From Eledone cirrhosa (Eukaryota), in NCBI GenBank assembly GCA_964016885.1, contig OZ024743.1, positions 84,072,001 to 84,136,000 of the forward strand: a DNA stretch of 64,000 nucleotides. The letters run 5' to 3'. A program made the translations under genes and the position numbers. The notes under the pieces were generated by a model. That model was not told the DNA's origin, made no database searches, and was given only the letters and a program-made list of their open reading frames with translations. Position 1 is the stretch's first letter, and every line of letters starts with the position of its first letter. Of the stretch, positions 29,196 through 40,924 are shown piece by piece.

Positions 29196-30019
29196 GTCCA
29201 GGTGGCTTAGAACAAATGGCCTTCATAGTATCAACATGGTCTCCCGGTCTCTTATATAGAAAACCTCAAGTAAAAAGTCAAGATTTGTTTCGATTTAACA
29301 GAGCAGAAAGAATTCGCGTCAGAATATTCCAACCAATCCAGCCTATATCGGCTGAATAAATATGTATATGGAGATATATATATATGCACGCACGCACGCA
29401 TACATGATGGCTGCCTCCTCGTTATCGAGTATGGCCATTGCACGATATACCATTATTAATAATTATTAATTAATTCTATCATGCAATGCCTGTGCATGAA
29501 GATATTTTTATAAATGAGGAAAGACTATGCACTGAGCCAATCCCACTCTCTGAGCGACTAGCTATAACCCGAAAAGAAGAAAATATCAACATCATCGGTA
29601 ACTACTGAGCCGCAGGTTTTATATCGGAGTTATCCCAGTTTCCTGAGTTGCCTTCTCCTAGAAGAATGCCCTGACAAAGGCTTGAGGTCCTTCACTCCCA
29701 ATGGTTTAACCACGCAATTGGGTGTCCAGCCCGATTATTTCTATGTCCCCGCGCATGTACATACACATGCACCCATGTATATACACACATACATGTGTAT
29801 ATACATATTTACACACTTTTGGATGGCCGTTGACTCTTATGAGATCTTCCGCCCTTTGTCAGGTTTTGTCTTTTGTTCTGCAGGGTGTCCAAAATCACCC
29901 TCCTCACCAAGTAAACTTGGTGGGGTTGCCGGTTTAGTCGCCGACGACCCGACCATGCGACAGGTTGTACTGGGTTAAATGTTACTAATAGCAGTCAAGA
30001 GTGACCCGACATACATACA

Positions 30020-32500
30020 TACTACATGATGGCTGCAAACTCGTGTTCAAGTATTGCCATCGCCCGATAAAATGTTCAAAAATGTGAAGCACAAATGTGA
30101 CTCTTTAAACCAGCCAAATACTTGCACCCTCTGGCACACACATGGCAACTTTAGGCTCCCCCGAAACCTTCCATTGCTTTGTTCTGGCTGTATGTTCACA
30201 TGTATCTTTTAAGACCTCCCATGCTTGTACATTTCTTACACCTTTTCAGATCATAATCTACATGAGGTCTACTGATATGACTTTGTTCATGTCTAATCAA
30301 ACCAGCTTTGCTCAGGCTGACTCAACCACAGTGCTGGCAAACCAGATGATGTTCAACAGCAGGTAGTTCAGAACAGTCTCAATCCTCACCTTCCTTTTCA
30401 GTGTTAGGTGTTCTCTCCGACGAGTTTCAAAGTGTTCACCACCTGACTTGATCAAACGTCTCCACTTCACACGCTCGTCAGCCATTTTCTCCCATTCGTC
30501 AGATGAAATTCCAGCACAAGCCAAGATTCCCCTGATACAGTCCCGGTACCGCCTTTTTGGTTTGTGTGGTGGTCGCCTTCCTTCACACAGTTCTCCATAG
30601 AGAAGTTGTTTTGGAATACGATCATCAGACATCCGGACCACGTGACTACACCACCTCAACCGATACCGAAAGATTATGCTCTCTATAGTCACGCACCTGC
30701 TCCGTTCTAGAACTTCCAAATCACTGGCGAACATTTTCCACCACACCCCAAGTAACTTATGAAGAGATTGTTGGTGAAATCTCTCCAGATCCTTGAGGTG
30801 CTTTCTGTATGTGACCCACGTTTCACAAACATAAAGTAAAGAGGAGACGACACAAGTCAGATACACTTTCACCTTGGTTTCGATAGTGATACCTCATCTG
30901 GACCATAAACGTTGATGCAGCTGTCCAAAAGCATCACTGGCTTTCTTGATTCTTAAGGATATTTCATTATCATGTGTGCATGAAGTGTTCAACGTACTAC
31001 CAAGGTAAACAAACTTGTCAGCAACTTTTAGCCTCTTTCCGTACACGTACACACTTGGTGCAGTGTACTCGTTTCCAGGTACTGGCTGATACATTACAAC
31101 AGTCTTTTCCAAGCTTATTGTGATGCCCAAAATGCTGCAAGCTGCAGAAAAAGAGTTCATAATATGCTGCATGTCACTTTGTGAGTGTGCAAAAAGATTG
31201 CAGTCGTCTGCATACAAAAACTCTCGGATTATAGATGTTAATACCTTTGTGCTTGTACCAAAGCGCCTGGTGTTGAACAACCTTCCTGAAGTGCGATACC
31301 TGATGTAAACCCCATGAGAACAATATTTGAATGCCATGAGAAACACTATCGTAAAATATAAGGGAAACAGAGTTGGAGCCTTAATGTACCCCTGCTTCAC
31401 TCCATTTTCAACTGATATTGGTTCAGAGATGCTACCACCAATACTGACCAAAGCCTTCATGTCATCTTGGAAAAGATGCAGAATCTTCTACCCTACCTTG
31501 GATTTTTTCCCACAACGCAGTTCGATTGACAGTGTCAAAGGCCTTTGTCAAGTCAACAAAGACCTGGTAAAGGTCCATACATTGTTCGATACACTTTTCT
31601 TGCAGCTGCTGAGCAGAAACGATCATATCCACTGTTCCTCTTTCGTTTCTGAACCCACACTGCGACTCAGGCAACACATTCAGAGCAACTCTTGGGATCA
31701 ATCTATCCATCAATATTCGACACGACTTTACCAACTACTGAAAGAAGGGATATGACATGATAATTGCCACATTTGTCCTTGCCGTCCTTTACTTTATGGA
31801 GAATCACCATGAGCGCATCCTTCTTGTGGGATATTCTCATCTTCCCACACCATTTTCATGAGTCAGCTGGGTGAAGTTTTCACCACCACACTTCAAAACC
31901 GCTCCACTCAGACCATCCATTCCAGGAGACTTACCACAGTTCAGCTTTTGCACAACAGAAGTCCCCTCTGCAAGAGAAGATACATTAGCCATCTCATATG
32001 CTTCACTGGTTCAATAGGAATGGAACAAATGAAATCATCATCAACCTGGGATGGCTGGTTTAAGAGCTCATCAAAGTGATCTCTCTATCTGTCGAGTGTC
32101 TTTTGGGTCACGCAGTAATTGCTTGCCATCTTTCGATCTCAAAGGGGCCACTGGAGAGCTGAAAGAGCCATACACCTCTGTGAGTAGAAAGTGCGGCAGT
32201 TTCACATTGTTGCCGTCAGATGCCACTTGAACTTCATCTGCTTTGTTGCTCCACCAGGTATTTTGCATAGCCCTGAGTTTCACCTGCACTTCCTTCTTTA
32301 CCTGTCTGTAACGCTCATAATTGTCACCAACAGAGATACCACCTTTAAGAACTGCATCAAGTGCCTTTTGTTTTCTGTCTAGCAGAGCCTTGACCTCCTG
32401 GTCATTCTCATCAAACCAGTCCTTGTTTTCTTGTGACAAAGCCAAGGACCTCTGCTGAAGCCTCATAGACCGAGCTCCTGAAGTCCTTCCAGTTGTTCTC
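30020..32500 (-). mobile_element. Degenerate RTE (BovB-like) LINE with several frameshifts and stops
   Basis: Colinear ORF pieces: DWFDENDQEV (32071-32622), LPESQCGFR..TVDMI..FVDLTKAFDTVNR (31462-31734), GVKQG..LYADDC..YLGS (30894-31460), LLYVCETW..RIPKQLLYGEL (30312-30872). Confidence 0.9.
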
Positions 32501-33229
32501 ATACACGCATTCATACTTATATATATACATGTATACATACATGCATACATCCATCCATCCATATATACATGTATACACACATACATACATCCATCCATCC
32601 ATACGTGTATACATACATACAATGGTTAAAGTGTTTGACTGACGACCATAAGTTCATGGGTTCATATTTGGGACCGGGTAGTTATTGAATCAACCTGATA
32701 TCAATGTTTATTATACAGCACACTTCCTCTTTGGTATAATATGACACATAGTAATGTCTAACATAGTACCCATCTAATCTGTTATAATATGATTTACCTT
32801 TCCTCTGTGAAGGCACATGCCTTAGGGGTTACGGTACTGGACTAACCATTATAAAGTCATGGGCTCGTTTCTTCGATTCTGCAGCATGTTGCGTCCTTCA
32901 GTAAAATACTTTAGTTCGTGTAGCATCTTCTACCAGGACTTGCGGCAGACAGATAATATCAGTAATAGAAAAACCTTGTTTCATTAGTATGACCTGGAAA
33001 TCAGTTCCACTCTATTTATCTTCTTTATTAAAGGCAATCAAATTTTTTTTTTTTTTTCTTCTTCTTATTTTTCCATGTTTGTTAAATAAATTCCAAAAAA
33101 ATCGAGCTAAATTGAAATTTTGTAATAAAATTTCCATAAAAGTTAATGTTTACAATACAATAAAATGTAATAAAATGTATTGAAGTCGACGAAATGTGGA
33201 CCTTCATTTTTGAAAGATGGATAATGCTA

Positions 33230-33480
33230 TAAGCAGACCTTACAATATTGTACCACAATTTTCCTTTGTGCAAAAGAGGGCAGCTGAATTTAGGAAAGGA
33301 TAGGGGATTCTTGAAGATGACCCAATGTCTGGACGTCCTACAACTGTCACTACCGAGGAAAACATTGATCTCAGTACTGCAACACCGATGGAAGAAGTGT
33401 GTGGAACGCAAGGGAGACTATGTTGAAAAATAAACCTCATTTGGTCACACTCCATGAGAGTATCTTTGTCAACCCTCGTA
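33230..33480 (+). mobile_element. Internally deleted mariner remnant
   Basis: EDDPMSGRPTTVTTEENI (N-terminal HTH region) is joined to QHRWKKCVERKGDYVEK* (mariner C-terminus). Ends in ...CAACCCTCG-TA. Confidence 0.75.
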
Positions 33481-33505
33481 TCTATGCGCAATATACAGAA
33501 TTGCG

Positions 33506-33948
33506 GGCACTACAACGCTATTAGCTGTCATATTTGTTGGTGAAAATAATTTGATTATAAAACTTAAATTTATGAATGACTTGTTTTCTACATTGATAAC
33601 CATGACTTGTTTTCTAATTAACTTAAATTTGTTTTCTAATTTGGTCCTTTTAAGGGCCACCTATATTTTCATTTAAGTAACTCCACTTACATCGATATGC
33701 TTTATAACCATGACTTGTTTTCTATTTGTTTTTTCTATTTGTTTTCTAATTTGGCCGTTTTAAGTCTTCCCTCTCTCTCTCTTCCCTATCTCTCCTCTTT
33801 CCTCTCTCTCCTCTTCCCTCTCTCTCTAAAAAAAACGCGTGAAAACTCCACTTACACGTGGTAGTAATACGGAAATAAACGATGTTGACGAGTGACGTCA
33901 CCTTCGCCTGTTTTCCACTGGACTGGCAGCTAATAGCGTTGTAGTGCC
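33506..33948. mobile_element. MITE with 22-bp perfect terminal inverted repeats
   Basis: GGCACTACAACGCTATTAGCTG ... CAGCTAATAGCGTTGTAGTGCC. No coding capacity and no clear TSD. Confidence 0.75.
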
Positions 33949-34396
33949 AGTTTCTTGAATATTTGTTTACTTTCAGCCAATCACATGCTGAGAGAAATGA
34001 AAATGTAAAGACAGCAAGTACTAAAGATATTCTGTAAAAATATATTAAAACAATGTTTCATTGTAATGCAATCACTTCGGGTATTTTGGTATCTTTTTGA
34101 TGTTGAAGTTGGTGAAAATCAGCAAAATATTGATGTCAAATATAAGTCTACACTCCATTTTATCATTGATTCCGCTGTCACATTGCCTGTCTTATGAGAG
34201 AAGAGATGAGCTTCACCAGGTTTTAAATGGCCAAGAAATGCTGTATGTCATTAGGGTACCCCTATCACTTCATCAGGAGTTACAGGTCCATACATACAAA
34301 CGACTATATATGGTGTTTAGTTGTGTTACCAAGATATTTTTAGGCTCCAAAGGTCAAATTTAAAAGAGAAACAGCAATATTGCATGGTAGTGAGAC

Positions 34397-34745
34397 CTAG
34401 GTCCTGTGAAGATTGGAAAGAAATGAAGCCTGCTTGCTCTGATGAATGTGTAATTGTAATATACATGAATGGCAATGCGTAAATGAACTAAAAGAGAAAT
34501 TTAGCATTAGAGGAATCAGATGCAGTGTGCATGAGAGGAGATTGCGTTGGTATGACCATATGATGTGTAGGAAGGATGACAGCTGTATAAAAAAGAGTAG
34601 AGTACTCAAAGTTGATGGAAACTATGGAATAGGAAGACCTGGGATGAGGTGATAAAAGCTGACCTCGCACAATTGCACCTCTTAAAAGCAACAAAATAGG
34701 ATCAAGATTTTTGGCGTTATGCAGTAATACAGAAGACCCACCTTC
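34397..34745 (+). mobile_element. RTE LINE 3' ORF fragment, same family as 50525-53803
   Basis: ORF 34446-34652 (MCNCNIHEWQCVNELKEKFSIRGIRCSVHERRLRWY...GIGRP). Confidence 0.85.
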
Positions 34746-34925
34746 CCATGACAGCAGCACAACTACTTTATAGTGTGGGGTAGTGTATGGCATGGGGAGG
34801 ATAGTGGTTAAGTGGTACATACTAGATGTAGGCTTCAATCTGTGTGCATGGGAAGGCAAGTCTTCTATATTTATATATAAATGAAAGAATTATATCTTTA
34901 CTTCAAAATATTTATTTTCTATTCT

Positions 34926-35069
34926 TTATACTGCTGCATTGATGATATCCTTAAGTTTCATCATTGAAATGTTGGCACCACAAGCTAATACAACACTTTT
35001 CTGACCAGCAAAGCGAGGCGCATTAGCAATAAATGCTCCAAGAGAAACTCCAGCAGAACCTTCAATAAC
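34926..35069 (-). CDS. Dehydratase/racemase terminal coding exon
   Basis: ttctcttgcag acceptor. Reads VIEGSAGVSLGAFIANAPRFAGQKSVVLACGANISMMKLKDIINAAV then TAA. Confidence 0.9.
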   Translation of the reverse strand, partial: VIEGSAGVSLGAFIANAPRFAGQKSVVLACGANISMMKLKDIINAAV

Positions 35070-35339
35070 CTGCAAGAGAAAAAGTAATTAAATTTTATGA
35101 TATCACACACACACACACACACACACCCCTCCAATTTTACATATCAAAGTTAGCTTGCCTCAAGTAACTGGAATTGAAAAGTTATATATACAGGTAGTAA
35201 ATTAAAACACTTTAACCATCCTAAAACTAAAAAGTCCAGCTGAGGTCACAAATAAATTGCTAAGGCTGTCACTGGTGGGATCCCCACTGTAGGGGCCCGG
35301 AGTAATTGCCTCCATACACTTAGCCCAGTGATCCTTCTT

Positions 35340-35700
35340 CAAGTTACGCCCCTTTATAGTCTAAGTTCAAATTCCGACCAGGGTTAACTTTGCCTTTCAT
35401 CCTTACCGGGTCGATAAAAAAAAGTACCAGTAATGTACTGGTATAATTGCTGGCCTTGTGCCAAAAGTAGAAACAATTATTATTATTATTATATCTTGTT
35501 AGTGATAGGGCGGTGAATTGGCAGTATCAGTAGAAGGTTAGACGCCATGCTTTCTAGCATAGTTACCTCCCTTTACAGTTTGAGTTCAAATCCCGCCGAG
35601 GTTAACTTTGCCTTTCATCCTTACGGGGTCGATAAAATAAAGTACCAGTAATGTACTGGGTAATTGCTGGCCTTGTGTCTAAAGTAGAAACAATTATTAT
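35340..35700 (+). mobile_element. Two adjacent SINE family B copies
   Basis: gttcaaat.cc..c.aggttaactttgcctttcatccttac.gggtcgataaaa..aagtaccagt occurs twice. The second copy is flanked by an atatcttgtta duplication. Confidence 0.8.
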
Positions 35701-35709
35701 ATCTTGTTA

Positions 35710-36615
35710 CTCCTCAAATAAGTCAGTTGAAGCCATGTCTGGAGAGTAGGGAGTCTGGTAAGTGATTAAAATGTCTTTCTTTGGATCAGTTGCGATGTAT
35801 GGGGTGATGTCATAGTGTAGTTGCCAGGTTCACAGATCTGGCCTCACTAATCCTTTCTAATTGTTTTTATGGTGAATATTCAGGATGTACAAAGTCTCAG
35901 TAATTGAAGAAGACAGCATCATGTTGATTTTGCTCTGTACTTGCTGTGCCTGGCCTTGGCAGTGTTGGATGTTTCCACCTGACCTTGGCAATGGATTTTT
36001 CCACCTGGCCTTGGCAATTTTGGATGTTTCCACCTGACCTTGGCAATGTTGGATGTTTCCACTGTAATACTTGGCAATGGATGTTTCCACCTGACCTTGG
36101 CAATGTTGGATGTTTCCACTGTAATACTTGGCAATGGATGTTTCCACCTGACCTTGGCAATGTTGGATGTTTCCACTGTAATACTTGGCAATGGATGTTT
36201 CCACCTGACCTTGGCAATGTTGGATGTTTCCACTGTAATACTTGGCAATGGATGTTTCCACCTGACCTTGGCAATGTTGGATGTTTCCACCTGAACTTGG
36301 CAATGTTGGATGTTTCCACTGTAATACTTGAGCTTCAGTTTATAGCTCCTACCCATACACCTCAACTCTAGTTGCCATAGTATCCAGGATCTCAGAATCC
36401 TTTTGGGCAGTATAAGGCGAAATGAAAATGTAACGTGTATATACATAGAACAGTACTCCACACACTGGCTGTCTGACAGTGACTGCCACATCCAGAGAAC
36501 TTGCCCAAAACTACACAAGCACATGAATGTATGTGACTTCAGTCTGCACTATTTTGTATCCCTAACGTCATTACTTCCCACAGTATAGTTGGATACTTTA
36601 TCGACAGACCTCATA
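35710..36615 (-). mobile_element. Decayed mariner transposon containing an internal 57-bp minisatellite
   Basis: Minus-strand remnants VYG..TEAQVLQWKHPTLPR, AVFF, WQLHYDITPY (cf. LHDNA.PH) and PYSPDMASTDLF (cf. YSPDLAPSD). TIR-like TA-TGAGGTCTGTCGATAAAGTATCC near 36615. Confidence 0.65.
35955..36330. repeat. 57-bp minisatellite (two related sub-units), several copies
   Basis: ttggcaatggatgtttccacctgaccttggcaatgttggatgtttccactgtaatac is repeated, giving 19-aa periodic ORFs. Confidence 0.9.
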
Positions 36616-36659
36616 TTTACGGATTTCCGCTTAAGTTAGAAATCAAAGAGTAATGCGAT

Positions 36660-36865
36660 GGAGTTGTAAGAGGCTTGGATAGAAGCATATCAATGTTGGT
36701 GCTGGCTCTTTAGTATCTGAGTTCAAATCCTGCCACAGTCAACTATGCCTTTCATTCTTCCGGGGTCAATAAAATAAAGTACCAGTTATGTACTGCGGTC
36801 AGTATAATCATCTTTCTCATTCTCCCAAATTGCTGTCCTTATGCTAAAGTTAGAAGGAATTATTA
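36660..36865 (+). mobile_element. Diverged SINE family B copy
   Basis: gagttcaaatcctgcc..tgcctttcattcttccggggtcaataaaataaagtaccagt. Confidence 0.7.
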
Positions 36866-37539
36866 TAATACTGAGTCACCATGAATACTTTGTACTAGTA
36901 ATTCTGGTATAACCGTGAAAGGCTATCTACCCATCAGCCCTTCATGTTGGTGAACTAGTAATATCCTTGATTTGAAGAAATCTACTACTCAAGCCAGTTC
37001 CCCTTAAGAAATATGGTCGATTCAAGAAGAGTGAATATAGATAATTGATATTTTAAAGAATTGCCTCCCTTGATCAAAGTTATCTCCCTTGAATTTTGAA
37101 CGAAAAGTTATTTGACTATTAAACATCAATTTTAGCGATAATATTGATTTCAGTATACATGTAGAATACAATTGGTAAACTATTCTTGTAAAGTAGGAAA
37201 TAACACAATGACTGAACCACATTAAACATTAAAGTCTTTACTCTCACACTGCACGTTTTCAAAATGTAAAGACACTATAAACATTTGAATCAACAAACCT
37301 GTATTTGTTTTTTGTTTTTTTAAACTTTCTGCTAAGTAGCTCTGTATATAACTCTCCATACATAACTCTATATATTACTCTCTATATTACTCTATATATA
37401 TTAGCAGCTCTCTCTATATATACCTCTATATATATTAGCAGCTCTGTATATATACCTCTATATATATTAGCAGCTCTCTATATTACTCTATATATATTAG
37501 CAGCTCTCTCTATATATTACTCTTTATACATGTGGTCAT

Positions 37540-37740
37540 GTAGGTGCCACAACAAAAAGCACCCGGTACTCACTGTAAAGGTGGTTGGCATTAGGAAGGG
37601 CATCCAACCATAGAAACCAAGCAAAAATCGGTTCTGTTTGAGCAAGAAATGGTCATCTGACCTCAACTTGCCTCAAATAGGATAACTTGTCTAACCCATC
37701 TAGCATGGAAAATGAACGTTAAATTGTGATGATGATGATG
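37540..37740 (+). mobile_element. RTE/SINE-A 3' tail fragment
   Basis: aaaaagcacccggtactcactgtaaagg..ggttggcattaggaagggcatcca..(GAT)n. Confidence 0.7.
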
Positions 37741-37860
37741 GTAACTCTATATATTAGCAGCTCCATATAACTGCTACATCACTAAAAAGTGTTCAAATCA
37801 AACATTAGCAGCACACTAGTAGAGTTATAATAGTAAAAAGGGAGTATAAACTGTACATAC

Positions 37861-37986
37861 TGAGTTTTCTTCAATTCCACCAGAGGTGGCATCTGAGAGT
37901 GTTTCCTGACTTTCTTCAAATATTATAGTTCCAGCCTTGATACTCTCATACATCACTTTAGAAGACCAAGGCTGACAACCAATCAC
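37861..37986 (-). CDS. Dehydratase/racemase exon
   Basis: ag|VIGCQPWSSKVMYESIKAGTIIFEESQETLSDATSGGIEENS|gtatgt; 126 nt, phase 0-0. Confidence 0.9.
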
Positions 37987-38479
37987 CTACATTTCAAAAT
38001 AGAAGATAGTAAATAGCAAGCATGATAACAAATGTATTTGATATCTTGTATCTTGTTTGGTCACTTATAGTTTTAAGTAGAAATATTGCTCCTACTCTAA
38101 TATTCTGCCAATATGCTGACTTGGATTGTAAAAATGGGTTAAAGAGGAAGCTTCTAATCTAGGGGTGGGGGGACCTTTTTAGTGTTAGAGGTATGAGAAC
38201 CCATGGTGAGCAGAGAAAATTAATTTTTCATTTTACAAGTAGATTTATATTTCAACCACCTCCAATAGATCTGACTGGATCCCCATGTGAGACCAGCTGA
38301 GCTTATTGATGTTATCCAACCACCTTGAACGGGGTCTACCTCTGGGTCTCCTGCTGGTTTGTTTTGCTTGTAAAATCTGTCCACATGTGCCTGGAACCAC
38401 TGGAAGGATTGATTTAGGATTTTGCCCCTATAACCCTCCCAAGAACAAGTGAGCAAAGAAGAAGAAGATATATCCTTAC

Positions 38480-38594
38480 TTTTATATCTGGGTTTACTTG
38501 CTTTAGATATGCAGCGATGCCAGCAATAAGGCCACCTCCACCGACAGGTACAAAAACATTATCAACGTCAGGTAGTTCTTCAAATATTTCAAGC
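38480..38594 (-). CDS. Dehydratase/racemase exon (PLP phosphate-binding Gly loop)
   Basis: ag|(G)[38 protein letters not shown]|gtaagg; 115 nt, phase 2-0. Confidence 0.92.
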
Positions 38595-38805
38595 CTTGAA
38601 TAAATAACCAAGAAATAATACACCATCTCAACATCCTTTACGCTACAGAACTTAATGCGTTTACACCTGAAATTCCATCTAAACTTACACAATATACTCG
38701 CCTCTTCTGCTTTTATGATTCTTGTCTCATCTTCCATCACCTTTACCAAACATACCCCTTCTTTAGAATTACATCATCATTCTGGGAATCCTGTTTCATC
38801 TATGG

Positions 38806-39050
38806 TGCCATGATAAAAAGCACCCAGTCCACCTGGTAAGGTGGTAGAAATGGTGCTATGATGAAAAGCACCAACTCCACCCAGTAAGGTGGTAGAAATG
38901 GTGTCATGATGAAAAGCACCAACTCCACCCAGTAAGGTGGTAGTGTTGCTGCCATGATGAAAAGCACCCAGTCCACCCGGTATGGTGGTAGTGTTGCTGC
39001 CATGATGAAAAGCACCCAGTCCACCCGGTAACGTGGTAGTGTTGCTGCCA
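38806..39050. repeat. 48-bp minisatellite, ~5 copies, resembling an RTE/SINE 3'-tail motif
   Basis: gccatgatgaaaagcacccagtccacc.ggta.ggtggtag repeats. Shares aaaagcacccag with the SINE-A tail. Confidence 0.8.
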
Positions 39051-39375
39051 GACATTTGTTAGATAGAAATTGTGTCAAACCCTGTCACCCCTGCCCCCTC
39101 CCCCTACACACACACACACACACACACACATATATGTGTGTGTGTTAACACTGCTTGACAATGAGTGCTGTTTGTTTATGTCCAACATCATAGTAATTCA
39201 ACAAATAAAGATTGGGGTGGATATTATGGACTAAATCCTCGAAGGTGGTGCCTTAGCATGACTGCAGTCCAATGACAGAAACCAGTAAAAGAGTAAAAGA
39301 GTAAAATTGAATCACAGAAGACACCAGATAAATTCAAACAACCAAACACAATTTCAGAATGAAAGTTATACAAAC

Positions 39376-39443
39376 CCAATTGTATCTTGACCAGCGGCGA
39401 CATCAATATCGTTATAAGGGGAGATAAATGGGATGCCTTCTTC
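39376..39443 (-). CDS. Dehydratase/racemase exon
   Basis: ttgcag|EEGIPFISPYNDIDVAAGQDTI(G)|gtttgt; 68 nt, phase 0-2. Confidence 0.88.
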
Positions 39444-39912
39444 CTGCAATCAACAAGTGGTATAATTATCAATGCTATATTATGTTGGTACTGTTATTGC
39501 TTCTATGTGTTTAGTTACCTTTTGTCTTAAAACACCAGTGTCTAGGACTGGATAACTATTAGCATCAATGTTATATTATGCTGCCACTGTTATTGCTAGC
39601 ATGTCTGTGATAATTCTTGAGGCTAAAAGTCTAGGACGGGATATCTTTGGAATCGTTTCTATGCAGTTAATTTGGTCTTTGTATTAGATTGTATTGAAGA
39701 GTTAGAGAGAATGTTCAAAACCTGAAAAGACAGTCGGTCTGCTGTCTCAAGACTTAAATGTTGCCATGATATATACCATAATGCTAATTTGTAGAAGAGA
39801 GCAAAAGGTCTCTGTGTTACCTGGGAAGTGACTTTACTTGATATTTACAACAATATTTACATTTAGTTACACAAGAAATTGCAAATAAAATAACTGGTTG
39901 ATTTGCACTAAC

Positions 39913-40071
39913 CTGTGAGTACTTGCGGGCAGCATTCTCTGCAAGCATACAGTCGTCTCCAAAAAGAGTAAGTGAAGCCTTGTTTGCAATCAAACGCTCA
40001 TGTTTTGCAGATGAAATTATTTTAGGAACAAATACATGGACAGGAATTCCAAGTTGGTTCATAGCTTCAGT
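39913..40071 (-). CDS. Dehydratase/racemase exon
   Basis: accag|TEAMNQLGIPVHVFVPKIISSAKHERLIANKASLTLFGDDCMLAENAARKYSQ|gttagt; 159 nt, phase 0-0. Confidence 0.88.
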
Positions 40072-40128
40072 CTGGTGGGGTTAAAATGACAGAAATGAAT
40101 GCTAGCAGTATATGTATACTCATATATA

Positions 40129-40205
40129 CAGTGTGAGTCGTAAGTAACAGGGCAGTATCATTCGAAATATAAATGTTGGACTGCCCAGTTACTTATGACT
40201 CACCG
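40129..40205. mobile_element. Tiny Tc1/mariner-type MITE (fold-back)
   Basis: Arms gtgagtcgtaagtaacagggcagt / actgcccagttacttatgactcac, flanked by TA. Confidence 0.6.
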
Positions 40206-40513
40206 TATACGTGTATATATATATATATATTGCAGAAACCCAAGAAGCTAGATTTAACACCCTTCTAGCGGGTCCGGGTAAGTTTTTTACATTCATTTAA
40301 ATTATTGATTTATTGATATTTTATTTGAGTGACCCGAATCTTCCTGGTCGTTCTTTTTCGGCTGTACGGGTGATTTTAGGCATAATCTCTATGTGTTGGT
40401 AATTTAACGATGGTTATAGCTCTGATTTATCCAAATTATTGAGCCCTCTGCCCCTCATATCGGATATTGTTTATCGTTAATTCGTGAGCTGATTTTCCGA
40501 TACTCGATTATTC

Positions 40514-40572
<59 letters not shown>

Positions 40573-40804
40573 AAGGCGCATATGGCATTGTTGGACTCAA
40601 GATTGTAAGGTCATGTGTTCAATTCTCTGACTGGGTAGTGTGCTGTTTCCTTGAGCATGACATTTTGTGTTACGCTGAATCTCCCTGAGAACTATGTTAT
40701 GGGTGCATGTATATGTGGAATGCTCAGCCACTTACAGATTAATTTCAAGATCATGCAGTTTCCTTGATTGATTGATTGAGAGAGAGAGAGAGAGAGAGAG
40801 AGAA

Positions 40805-40890
40805 TTGATCCCAATACTCCAGTAGTATTTTCCTATTGATCTCAAAAGGATGAAAGGCAAAGTTGACCTCAGATTGCTGAGAACATGAGA
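40805..40890 (-). mobile_element. SINE family B, left part; the rest resumes at about 58846-58905
   Basis: ggatgaaaggcaaagttgacctc is followed by the 16-bp repeat. A degenerate continuation follows the second copy of that repeat. Confidence 0.65.
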
Positions 40891-40924
40891 TATATATATA
40901 CATGATATATATATATATATACAT

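Noticed and set aside
35857-36524. Repetitive ORFs, and TLYILNIHHK as the missing dehydratase exon
   Set aside because: They derive from a 57-bp minisatellite within a mariner relic. There is no GT donor after HHK and no upstream similarity.
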